DNA from: Eledone cirrhosa
Lineage: Eukaryota
Assembly: GCA_964016885.1 (NCBI GenBank)
Contig: OZ024742.1
Location: forward strand, 127,410,001 to 127,474,000
Direction of reading: 5' to 3'
DNA length: 64,000 nt
Part shown: positions 22,101-33,439 of the stretch, in pieces
How the letters are laid out: each line of letters begins with the position of its first letter
Position numbering within the stretch: position 1 is the stretch's first letter
The notes under the pieces: model-generated
Database searches by the model: none
Told to the model about the DNA's origin: nothing
What the model saw: only the letters and a program-made list of their open reading frames with translations
Program-made: the position numbers and the translations under genes

Positions 22101-24839
22101 GGATGTTAGAATATGATTTGAAAAATGTGGGATTGAGATTTATGTTGGTTTTAGTTATATGGAGCCTTGAGTTGCTCTACATATGCTGAAAAAAACCAAA
22201 TGTGCATTTTGCAGTGCGTTGGGAATGCGTGACTAAATTGATGTATAGCTAATGGTGTTGTGTGCAATTGCAACTAGCACAACATCTGCTAATTTGCTTT
22301 ATTTGTGTCTAAGCTGTTGTGATCTGAAAGCTATTCCATTACTTCAAAACTAGTGAGATGTGAAACAGAAGAGAGAAAAATTATCTCGTAATACCCTACA
22401 TAATTCATTTTACATGCCTGTGTTTGTGTGAAAATACAATTTGGAACTGTTTGTGGTAATGTGTGTAAACATAAAACAAATTACATGCAAAAGACAAAAT
22501 GATATAATAGAGGTGGAGAAAGAAAAGAATATATAAAAAAAAATATAACAGTTTTTTGTGTTTGGGACATAGTGCTGTATTTTGATGAAGGTTGAGTTTA
22601 TATACTTCCTGTGTTCTTTTTTGTTCGTAAAAGTTGAATGTTTGTTCGGACTATCAGAAATGTCCATGTTTGTAAAACTGTTCTGACTCCAGCATCATCC
22701 AGCCACCAATTTAAGCATGTGTGAAGGCTGTGAGTTCTTTTCTAATGTTGGGTCACCAGTTTAGCAATGAAAATTAGGGTTGCAGTGTGTATTGTTTTTT
22801 TGAAAGAAAGTCTGCTTTCTTTTTCGAAAAAGAGTTATCGTTATCAAAAGTTGTTAGTAAGTCTGGGATCACCAACTGTTGTGAGGCGAATTATATCACT
22901 GCCGTTGGTTTTCTATATTATCAGAAAGCTGCATGCAGCATCAGCAAATGCACCAGAAGGCTGTTCAATAAGTCAGGGTCACCAACATAGCAATGGTAGT
23001 ATATTTTAGATGTAGCGCAACAGATGGTTTGAGTTTGGTATTATTGTTTCTTGTTCATTTTGTCGAAGCAGATGTTGTAGTAGTAATGTTGTTGGCTTGA
23101 TGGGTGATTCCATGAATTGCTCTTTCCCATATAAACACTGTGGGAAGATTTATGACTTATGGCAAATGAATTGAGTGTTTGTGTCTCAGTGAGTTAAGAT
23201 GTGAAGCTGTACGTGTTGCCATAGTCAGTAGTTGAAAGTAAAGCTGCCATTAACATTATCCAATGAAAAATGATAAAAATCACTACTTTAAGAATTTTTA
23301 TTAAGAATTAATTTACATCAAAGCTATTGTTGACAATACAGGAAAACAACAAGGAACCAAGTGAATTGTGTGTTATGTTTGTACGGTTGGTTTGCATGAA
23401 TGTTGTAGTAATCTGACAAGATGCATTGAACTAACCTTTATTGAGATGCCAACCCTGTCGATAGGGCTGGAGTGTTTTTTGCTAAGTGCTACATCTCTCT
23501 ACTGCTTGAGCAACTTGAAGTGATGTCTTTCTCTTTCGAGAAACGAGACCAGAATGGCTTTAACAAAATCTTATCTCAAATAACCCCAAGTTGGCCACTT
23601 TCTCCAGACTACTGCCACCAAACTGAGATAAAGAAAAACTGAATATCATGTCGTTTAGGGGTCAGTATAAGTGGTGCAATATATACTATGAACGATGACA
23701 TTGGAGGGCAAAAGCAATGCTTTCATGATAATGACTACACCCTACAGCAGCTTTACAATTAGTAGCAGAGATGACAACAAACTTACATCATAATTCACCT
23801 GCATAATCTTATTCCCAATCCAACTGAAAAACAATAATGATTCTGTGCGGATAGTCCCAAGATACATGTTATTGGTCATATGAATATAATGTAGAGTTGA
23901 TTTTAAAATGATTTGAAGTTAGAAATAGGAAATACAAAACAAAATAGTGAATTCACAGAGACACTAGAGGGTAGGACAAAATGCCTTACAGTATTTATTT
24001 CAGCTCTCTGCTCTCTCAGATCAGATCCCACCAAGATCAACTTTGATTTTCATCCTTTTGTAGTCAAGAAAATAAAATTATAGCCCAGGGCAGTGGATTA
24101 GTTGGATTGTTAGCGCATTGGAGATGACTTGAGATATATATTTCCAGTCTTTGTGCTCTGAATTTCAATCCTTCTATGGCCTACTTGGGTTGTAGACTTA
24201 ATCTATCTCACTGTCTAAAATCATCACCTGGCCTTTGAGTGCCTTTAGTGGAGTCCACTCTGTTGCAAGCTTTTGGTTTGAGATACTTCCATCCTATCAT
24301 TCTCAGTTGGCGTTTAGAACATAACAAAAAAATTCTTACATAAAATTATGATGGAAGTTTTTAATCTAGATATGAAAACTTTAAAATTGAGTTTTATCAG
24401 TGAATCAGGGGTGGTTCAAAACCAGTAATAAGACGATAGGAAAAAATTTGGAATATGAAGAAATTCCTGATGGTCGGCATCAGCAACAATTAGTCCATGG
24501 GGGGGTTTGTAGATTTTTTTTTTTAATGGTAAAAATGATCTTTTATTTCTAGGATAAAATTTCTTTAAAATAACAATATTTAGTCAAACATAAAGAAAAA
24601 GTAAGTAGTATTACAATGTACTACCTGAAATGTATTGATTCTAATGTGTCAATCCCTTGTCTTTTGTCTGAGAGAGAGGAAAAGAAAGAAAGCAGTGGTT
24701 GTAAGCAAGTAAACGAGTGAACTCCTTAACCACACACACATATATCTCATTGTTTTGCAGTTAGAATAAGTAGTATTCAGTTTTTCCATCAAAGTTTAAT
24801 ATAGCTATATTTGCTTGTGGATCATATATATATATATAT

Positions 24840-25182
24840 GCAGTGTAAATGTGCGTGAACGACCCAGCATAAATGTGTTGAGAGAGAAACTGTGTCTGAG
24901 AGGGATAGAATGTAGTGTACGGGAGAGGAGACTGAGGTGGTATGGACATGTGATGCGCATGGAGGATGACCGATGGGTGAAGAAGTGCCAGGAATTGCCA
25001 GTTGAAGGAAGACGTGGTAGAGGTAGACCACGAAAAACATGGGCGGAGGTGGTGAGAACAGACCTCAGATCATTGAAGCTCACGGTGGAGATGACGAGGG
25101 ACCGTGACGAGTGGAGAGATGCTGTGCTGAATAAGACCCATCCCACCCTTGCAAGCAGGGAAAAGCGGACGTAAAATGATGA

Positions 25183-25186
<4 letters not shown>
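24840..25186 (+). mobile_element. RTE-clade LINE 3' fragment
   Basis: RRLRWYGHVMRM...VEGRRGRGRPRKTW, (GAT)n tail, (TA)n on both flanks. Confidence 0.85.
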
Positions 25187-25229
<43 letters not shown>

Positions 25230-25444
25230 TTAAGGATTGTAACATCAAGTTACTGTTGGTTCACCAAAGGGAGCATTCGGTGCATAGTTTCCAGTATGTA
25301 ATTAGGGATTGTAGTAAGCAGAGTGTAATATTAATAATTATTTCTACTTTTGGCACAAGGCCAGCAAATACCCCAGTGCATTACTGGTACTTTATTTTAT
25401 CGACCCCGTAAGGATGAAAGGCAAAGTTAACCTTGACCTTTCTA

Positions 25445-26120
25445 TGGACAAGGTGTCGAATTTTCATTGAATTTATTCAGGTGTGATGCACGTTTCGTGA
25501 TTGATCAGCTCAAGGTTCAATCTCTATCCATCTAGCCCGGCTCTGGAATCAAAAGCTCATCAGATTTCTATTTGCCTAATGACGGAATGTTTCGCAAGCA
25601 GCGTTAAAAAAATATATCTGTTCTCATTCATTTCGGGTGATCAGATTTTTTTTGTTTTGATTGGTTGTTTTGGGAAGAAAAATTATGTGACGGGGTGGAA
25701 AATAGGAAGGGAAGATGTAGAAAGAAATAAGGGATGGAGAAAATGAATAAATGATGGTAGAGTTGGAGTGAGGTGTTGACCATTTTAATAGTGGACAGAT
25801 TGGCGCTTATGTGGTGATATAAGGGGTTGGGGTAAGAATTAAGGAATGATGAGTTAGCGAAGCTGAGGGAGGAGAGGGGGGACAAGGGGCAGATGGGTAA
25901 TACAAATAATGTCCTGTATTTCTGTGTCATTGAGGCGATAGGCAATAAAGATAAAAGTAACACTATGTGAGGATGAAAATAAAAAAGTATAAATGATAAG
26001 TCTAGTGAGCTTTCGATTCCAGAGTTGGGCCCAATTGATAGAGATCGAACCTTGAGCTGATCAATTGCGAAACGCGCGTTACACCAGAATAAACTTATTG
26101 AAAATTTGACACCTCGTCCA
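25445..26120. mobile_element. non-autonomous DNA transposon with ~125-bp imperfect TIRs
   Basis: TGGACAAGGTGTCGAATTTTCA... versus ...TGAAAATTTGACACCTCGTCCA, with TA on both sides. Confidence 0.7.
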
Positions 26121-26186
26121 TACCAGTAACACACTGGGTAATTGCTGGCCTTGTGCCAAAAGTAGAAACAATTATTAATTATATGT

Positions 26187-26372
26187 AGGGCGGTGGATTG
26201 GCAGTATCAGTAGAGTCGGACACCATGCTTTGCAGCATAGAGTTACGGTCCGAGTTCAAATCCCATCGAGGTTAACTTTGCCTTTCATCCTTACAGGGTC
26301 GATAAAATAAAGTAGCAGTAATGCACTGGGATAATTGCTGGCCTTGTGCCAAAAGTTGAAACAATTATTAAT

Positions 26373-26373
<1 letters not shown>
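26187..26373 (+). mobile_element. tRNA-derived SINE, near full length
   Basis: A-box-like TGGCAGTATCAGTAG and B-box-like GAGTTCAAATCC, conserved body and tail. Confidence 0.8.
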
Positions 26374-26410
<37 letters not shown>

Positions 26411-26434
26411 TGTGCGTTCGAACGCAAGTGGCTA

Positions 26435-26624
26435 TAATAATTGTTTCTATTTTAGGCACAAGGCCAGCAATTACCCAGTTTATTACTGGTACTTTATTTT
26501 ATCGACCCCGTAAGGATGAAAGGCAAAGTTAACCTCGGCGGGATTTGAACTCAGATCATAAAGGGACGTAACTCTATGCTTCAAAGCATGGCGTCCGCCT
26601 CTCTACCGATACTGCCAATCCACC
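26435..26624 (-). mobile_element. tRNA-derived SINE, near full length
   Basis: Inverted copy of 26187-26373. Confidence 0.8.
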
Positions 26625-26834
26625 TTGATCACCATAAATAATAGTTGAGAAATGCGGAAAAGTGGACAGAGGTGCATGCAAGGAATCGAATCCCGCATGT
26701 ATCTCTGGAAAAAAAGAAAAAAAAAAAAATGATGGTATTATCATGGGTGGTTTAAAAGTTTTCCTCAATCAAGGTTAAATAACGATCCAGTCGCTAAAAT
26801 GTTATCAACTGATTTAAGTTATGTCCCTTCTCAT

Positions 26835-26847
26835 ATTGCTTAGCAAC
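26835..26847. promoter_or_regulatory. RFX X-box-like motif at the likely promoter of the nested gene
   Basis: ATTGCTTAGCAAC is one mismatch from GTTGCYTAGCAAC and lies ~70 nt before a donor-like CAAG|GTAACG at 26914/26915 (candidate 5' UTR exon). Confidence 0.55.
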
Positions 26848-29050
26848 TGCAATTCATCAACCTTCAGCGGATAACTTAATTATAAGAACACATTAGACAC
26901 TCGCTTTACACAAGGTAACGTTTTACAACTAAGTTCTGTAAGCTCTTTACAAAACGTATATTTTCGCACAAGTGTTTCAAAATTTGTATACAAGAGGAGG
27001 AAGAAATTTATTCTACACGAGATAAGGAAAACAAAATATATTTACGTTGTTATTGTTGTTAGGCCGCAAGTCAGTACTAATTCAGGAAACTTTTGCAGAT
27101 TTTGTAGCCTTGATGATAATTCTAGCCCCCCCCCCCCCACCACCACCACAACCACCACATCAGACGTAAAGTATATAGGGGCTACTGTACCCAATGTGTC
27201 CGCATTTGTTTCTATTTTAGCACTGGTTGCTCTTGTTTCTAGCAGGTGAAGCGATGTATTTTTTTCATATTTTGGGAACCAGGACTGAGATTAAGTGATG
27301 TTTCGGATGTTTCACCTTCATAGGGTCTGTATGCATATTGTAACAAAACTAATTACGATTCATTCACAGTTTTTCATGATTGTTCCCTCAACCTGTTAGA
27401 AATAGTAGTAACGTCTCCCTCGAACCCACGCTACTACCCATGTAAAAGAAATTGGAGATGGAGACAGAGAATATTATAATTAATTCCATATTGTTCCATA
27501 CTTTCAGGTTTATTCTATAATATTATAGCATCTTTTTCTCTGTATCTATAATCTTATCGTTTGAGGTTATTAGCCAAAATATAAAATAATATTCTTGGCA
27601 ATCTTTGAATTGAGAGCTTCGAGCTAGATCATTAGTTGGGGTAGCTGAATACAGTCCACTCTACATGAACAAAGAATTTTGTTTTTAGCACAACAGATTA
27701 AAGAATTAGAGAACTTGAAAAGTCAGCCTCCCTCCTATTTGTCTCCCACTTGGCTAATAAGCCAAGTGGGAGACAGGCTTTTGGTTGTACTTATCTTTCA
27801 AGAGCATTCATTTTTTTATTAAATCAAGACAAGTGAAAATGAACCTTTAAATTCAAAGATTGTCGCGTTCTCATTCATCGGAGAACAAAAAAACGGAATG
27901 ATCATGGTTATGATGCCTTTAAATATAAAGTATTACCTACTGGGTATGCAGTGTAAAGATTGGACTCGTTGTCAAGGATGGGAGGAGAAGGCACAGGGTG
28001 GCATTGTCTCCGCACACACTTTTCAGTGTGTACCCTCATATTTAGAAATATTATGCTTATTCTGAAATTCCAGCTTATAATTATTACGAATTAGAATACC
28101 CATATAGAATATTCTGAAGCTCCCATCTCTCCTCGAGCACAAAACCTTGACGATGGGGCCGATAAAGATATTGAAGACATAATAATTATTTCTTTATTTA
28201 TTGATACTAGCAATGTCAATAGTATTTCCATGTATGGTTATATTATTAGACAAGGAAAATTGATAAATTATTAGATCTCATAAAGCTTGCAACAAGTTGA
28301 AAATAAAAAAAATAACTTAGGGAAGAAACAGTTTTGAAAAGGATTTGTATAGGGTATCGACATGTTTCCGTTGGTCTTTCGAATTGCTAATACTGTCTAT
28401 TGGTCGCAACTCCAGGTAGAAGGAGCAACGTGAAATAAAGTGTCTTGCCCAAGGAAATAACGCATCGCCCGGTCCAGGAATCGAACTCACAACCTCACGA
28501 TTACGAATCCAATTCTCTAACCACTCAGCCCTACGCTTATATAGGGAGAAAATTATCATTTAAACTATATTATAGACACTATTTCCTTTGTGTAAACACA
28601 AGATCATTTGTATACCACAAAGAGGGCTACGGTAGATTAAATCGACCCAAGTATGTTACTGTTACTCATTTTACTGAACCTAAAAAACGAGAAGTGATTT
28701 TGGCCTTGGTGAGATTTGAACTGAAAACCTAGTACAAAACTAAATACTAGAAGTTAAGGGTCAAAACACTTGCAAGAAGGGGATTTCTTCTCTGAAGACC
28801 TTCTGCTGTCCAGCTCTCCTTAGAGTTTCTTAGCACTGTAATGCTTTCAGTGTGGCTCCTTACTGTTTTAACCAGCTACACTTCCCAAAGGAACAAAATT
28901 AATATTGATTTCTTTTCACTTTGCCCGAACTAAAATGTTGTAAAAGAGGAGTTCTATTAACTGAGACCAAATTAATTTTATCAAGCTGTAAAACAAAGAC
29001 GAAGCAAGTGAGTATTATCTTTTCTTTTTAGCCACAGACAGCATCTCATA

Positions 29051-29239
29051 ATGTTAAACATAAAGGAAGAAATCGTCGTCCCAGAAGAATGTGTTGATAG
29101 TAGATATGTCATTGATAATCTTGGTGTTCCATTGACAAAAGCATTGGCGGAAATTGTAGTGAAACAACCATTGGATCCTATTGAATACTTAGCCAGATGG
29201 CTCTACAAATTTAAGGAAAACCAATTAGAACTGCAGAAG
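29051..29239 (+). CDS. Dpy-30 (DYDC-like)/coiled-coil/ankyrin protein, coding exon 1
   Basis: ATG at 29051 after acceptor tttctttttag. YVIDNLGVPLTKALAEIVVKQPLDPIEYLARWLYKFKEN is a Dpy-30 dimerization motif resembling DYDC1/2. Donor AAG|GTAAAT, phase 0. Confidence 0.92.
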
Positions 29240-29560
29240 GTAAATTTTTCAGAAAAGTCAACTATGATAATATGCCATTTGTGTTTGTATATTTATATGA
29301 TGAAAAAGTACCCAGTCCAATGTGTCTGTTGTTCGTTTTGGTGACATGATAAAAATCACCCAATCCACACTGTAAATGTGGTTGGTATTAGGAAGGGCAT
29401 CCAGCCATAGAAACAGCCAGAAACAGTTTTGTATGAGTAAGACGCAGTCACATGATCTGACTTGTCTCGCAATGAGAAAATTCATGCTACTGTGGAAAAT
29501 GGACATAAACTGCGGTGATGATGTTCACACCACACGCACACATACATATCTATCTATTTA

Positions 29561-29885
29561 TCTATATACTACCAAAACTCTGTGATTGCTTGCTTGTCTG
29601 TAATGTAATACAGCCAAAATGGTGCATAATGGGAAAATACTTTGAAAGGAGGTTGCCCTTGAAATGGGAATACAAATGGAATAAAATAAGTTTTGCGTAA
29701 ATCAGAGCACAGGTTCCCAAGATATGGGGTTTTTCTGGGTACCTTCATAAATAGAGAGAGAGGAGAAAGAGAGATAGTGGTTGTGAGAGAGTAAATTGAA
29801 AGAGAAACTTAGAGAAGGAGTGAGAAGGAAAATGGAAGAGAGAGAGAGAGAGCTGGTAGTGTTGTTGAACGAAATTACAACTAGT
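29561..29885 (+). mobile_element. possible non-autonomous Helitron
   Basis: Begins TCTATATACTA followed by (TTGC)n and ends CTAGT. No TSD or coding sequence. Confidence 0.4.
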
Positions 29886-29944
29886 GACTTCATAGAAATG
29901 AATACAGCATTACTGTATCCTGATAAATAGAAAGGTTCTCTTGA

Positions 29945-30458
29945 AAGGGTGGGATGGGTCCTATTCAGAATAGCATCTCATCTCTCCACTTGTCATGGTC
30001 CTTTGTCATCTCCTCCATGAGTTTCAACGATCTGAGGTCCACTCTCACCACCTCCGCCCATGTTTTTTGTGGTCTTCCTCTACTGTGTCTTCCTTCTACT
30101 GGCATTTCTTGGCACTTCTTTACCCAGCGGTCATCTTCCATGCGCATCACATGTCCATACCATCGCAGTCTTCTCTCCTGCACACTACAACTTATCCCTC
30201 TTATACACAGTTTCTTTCGCAACTCATCCATGCTTGACCATTCATGCACATTGACATTGCACATCCAACGGAGCATGCTTGCTTCATTTCTCTCCAGCCA
30301 TCACATATCCTCCACAGTTGCTGCCCATGTCTCATTACCATGCAACATCACGCATCTCACACAGGCATCATATAACCGTCCTTTCGTATGCAGGGAGAAA
30401 CCCTTCTTTGTCAACAGAGGAAGCAGCTCCCTAAACTTCTTCCAACCTGTCCTTATTG

Positions 30459-30460
<2 letters not shown>
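29945..30460 (-). mobile_element. RTE-clade LINE 3' fragment
   Basis: GWKKFRELLPLLT...KGRLYDACVR...RRLRWYGHVMRM; same family as 33440-34860. Confidence 0.85.
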
Positions 30461-30496
<36 letters not shown>

Positions 30497-30500
<4 letters not shown>

Positions 30501-30975
30501 TCATCATCGTTTAACGTCTATCTTCCACGCTAGCATGGGTTTAGACGGGGATTGGTCAGGAGACCGTGGCAGGTTTTCTACGGCTGGATGCCCTTCCTAA
30601 CACCAACCACGTTTACATTGTGGACTGGGAGGTTTTTACCGTGTTGCCTACACAGCCACATTACAGCGTGGGCTGTGTTTTTTTGTCGTGACACCTACAC
30701 AACCTGATTTATTTTGGACTGGATGTTGTGGTACCAACATAACTTTACAGAGAGAGGGTTGTGTTGGTGGGAGTGGGGGTGGGGTGGAGTAAGGGTAGTG
30801 GGATGGGGGTGTATATTTGGTTAAGAGGTGCCTACTGACTGTAGGCTTCGATATGTACATAGGCAAGGCGGGTCTTCTGTATTACTGCGTAGAGCCAAAG
30901 ATCTCGGTCAAGTGACATTGTCATAGGTGTAAGTGTGTAAGGTCGGATTTTAGCAAATCGTCCCAGGTCTTTCTG
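30497..30975 (-). mobile_element. RTE-type 3' end (second family) with (GAT)n tail
   Basis: Colinear with 43325-43865 and 48000-48620. Confidence 0.75.
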
Positions 30976-31020
30976 GAAAATTAGTAGTATTCAATTTTTA
31001 ATGCGCTGTTTTATACTTTT

Positions 31021-31530
31021 CAAGAATATTTTATTAATGTGGTTTCATGCAGTACAGAAAGTTGAGAGTTAATCTAGACTTCAAGGATGTCTTATTAATG
31101 TGGTTTCATGCAGTACAGGACATTGAGAGTTAATCTATATTTCAAGGATGTCTTAATAATGTAGTTTCATGCAGTACAGGACATTCAGAGTAAATCTGTG
31201 TCAAGAATGTCTTAATGTTGTTTCATGCAGTACAGGACATTCAGAGTAAATCTGTGTCAAGAATGTCTTAATGTTGTTTCATGCAGTACAGGACATTCAG
31301 AGTAAATCTGTGTCAAGAATGTCTTAATGTTGTTTCATGCAGTACAGGACATTCAGAGTAAATCTGTGTCAAGAATGTCTTAATGTGGTTTCATGTGATA
31401 CAGGACATTCAGAGTAAATCTGTCAAGAATGTCTTAATGTTGTTTCATGCAGTACAGGACATTCACAGTAAATCTGTCAAGAATGTATTAATGTGGTTTC
31501 ATGCGATACAGGACGTTAAGAGTTAATGTG
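31021..31530. repeat. 54-61 bp minisatellite, ~9 copies
   Basis: Unit CAAGAATGTCTTAATGTTGTTTCATGCAGTACAGGACATTCAGAGTAAATCTGTGT. Confidence 0.9.
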
Positions 31531-31679
31531 CATGTTAGTATACAGCATTTGTTGGGGTTTGTGGGAACATGGTTATTTTTCTAATAATAAATCTTTACAT
31601 CAATGTTGCAACTAAAAAAAAAAAATCATTTTCATCATATCAAGAAAAAACAAATTCATCAAATATTTCATATACATAG

Positions 31680-31774
31680 AAAAAAGAATGGCAGGAAGAA
31701 GTAAACATTGCCATTGAAGAGAATGAAAGGAGACTTGCATGTGAAGAAGAAGCAAGGCAACTAGCCCAAAAAAG
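31680..31774 (+). CDS. Dpy-30/ankyrin protein, coding exon 2 (coiled coil)
   Basis: catag|AAA...AG|GTAAGG; KKEWQEEVNIAIEENERRLACEEEARQLAQK; phases 0 and 2 fit the neighbouring exons. Confidence 0.82.
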
Positions 31775-32619
31775 GTAAGGAAGATAGTACATATATCAAA
31801 CATGACTTAATTCTCTCTCTCTTTCTTGTTTAGATACAACATATATATAACAAAGATAAATATTTATTTTTCCCATATGATAAATGGAGTCAATTATAAT
31901 CCTGAATATTCACTATTGATTTCAGGAGTAAAGAACTGATTGTTGTGACATTCTTGTTCTTTTAAAAAGAATGGGCAGATTAAGGGAACAAGCTGAAAAC
32001 GGATACTATTAGGAATTATAACTGATGCAATTTGTAGAGAATTTACAGCCAATGGTACATAACAACATAACAGGACACATATAGTTTTTGAAGGTAAATG
32101 CTATGATGATAAATCAAAGTGGATTTCTGTAAAGTCATATCAGACACTTTAGACAAGCAAAAACTTTGGATTTTTAAGAAACGTTAAAATTGGAATTGAA
32201 ATGTTGATGCTTTTTTCTAAGTATTTTACTGAAATGGTGGGAACAGAAACTTGTGTGAAGTCTTGATTCAGATAGAACTTACCATAGCTGACACCAACGG
32301 GCATACAAATACATTATAATACCTATTCATATTGACACATAAAATATTGGCATCTTTGCATACTTATAAATACATAATGATAAATATTAATTATCCCATT
32401 TACTGATGCATTAAATAAAGATTCACTTTTTATGATCAAATGTATGTATCAATGAAGCAATCAGTGAAGCAATACAGAATAAAATATTCTGCCCAGAAAC
32501 ACAATGAAAAAAACCTGCAATGGATTTCAGCTCCAGATCCATAAGCAAATAAAGTTATTTTATCAACTTAACTATTTTGCTTCCACATATATGTATACAT
32601 ACTCATATATTTACAACAG

Positions 32620-32783
32620 GGAGGAAGAAAGGTTAAGACTAATTCAATTAGAAAAGGAGAGAGAAGAAGAAGAATTAAGGAGAAAATTGGAAGAGATTGA
32701 GGTAGAAAAGACTAGAAAAGCCTTACAAAAAAAGAAGGATATTAGTGGACAAACAATTCTACATCATTTGGCTGGACATGCAG
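32620..32783 (+). CDS. Dpy-30/ankyrin protein, coding exon 3
   Basis: aacag|G...G|GTAATA; EEERLRLIQLEKEREEEELRRKLEE...KDISGQTILHHLAGHA (start of an ankyrin repeat); phases 2 and 1. Confidence 0.88.
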
Positions 32784-33439
32784 GTAATAAATATTGTTTA
32801 TTTTTTATATTTCCATCTTCACATAACTTTCCTATAACATTCAATTATATTATATTTCTTAGGTCTGTGACTATTGCTTTGAAATATATTCCAGTTTTTG
32901 TTGCAGTAAGCAACAATATTTCTTATTTCTTCTCTCTCATTCTATCTTCTGATGAAGGACTAGCATCTGAAACATTAAGACTCTTTTTCAACTATACCAA
33001 GTGTTAAACTAATGTATCATTATTATATTGTATTGTTCTTCTGTGTTATTTTTACTTGACTTTTCTTATATATATTATTAACAATAGAATTGTTGAGTTT
33101 AAATTCTCAAATGATTGTTGTTTGGAGAGAAATCATTTCTGCCAAGCTAACTTGCACTAGATGTGCTACATGAAGACAAATTCTTTAAGTGGCAACTTAG
33201 ACATCTTTTAAATTTAATTACAAAAGCAGGCTTATATGTCGTCAACAGGATTTGATCCAAGAAACCCATGCTCTATTATCATTGATGAAAATGATAAATT
33301 CTAACACATACTGGGGTTAATTTAATCAACTTTCTCCTCCCTAAATTGTTGGCCTTATGCATATATTAGAAACTGTCACCACCACCACCACCATTATTAT
33401 TATCATCATCATTATTATCTTGTTTTTTTTTTTTTTCCT

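Noticed and set aside
26187-26270. tRNA gene
   Set aside because: A/B boxes run directly into a SINE body and no cloverleaf is evident; the same applies to 49556-49605.
31021-31530. CRISPR-like or structured RNA array
   Set aside because: Head-to-tail minisatellite without spacers; the same applies to 16351-16545 and 63757-63888.
32504-33007. 167-aa single-exon ORF
   Set aside because: Only 32620-32783 is exon; the flanks are intron read-through.
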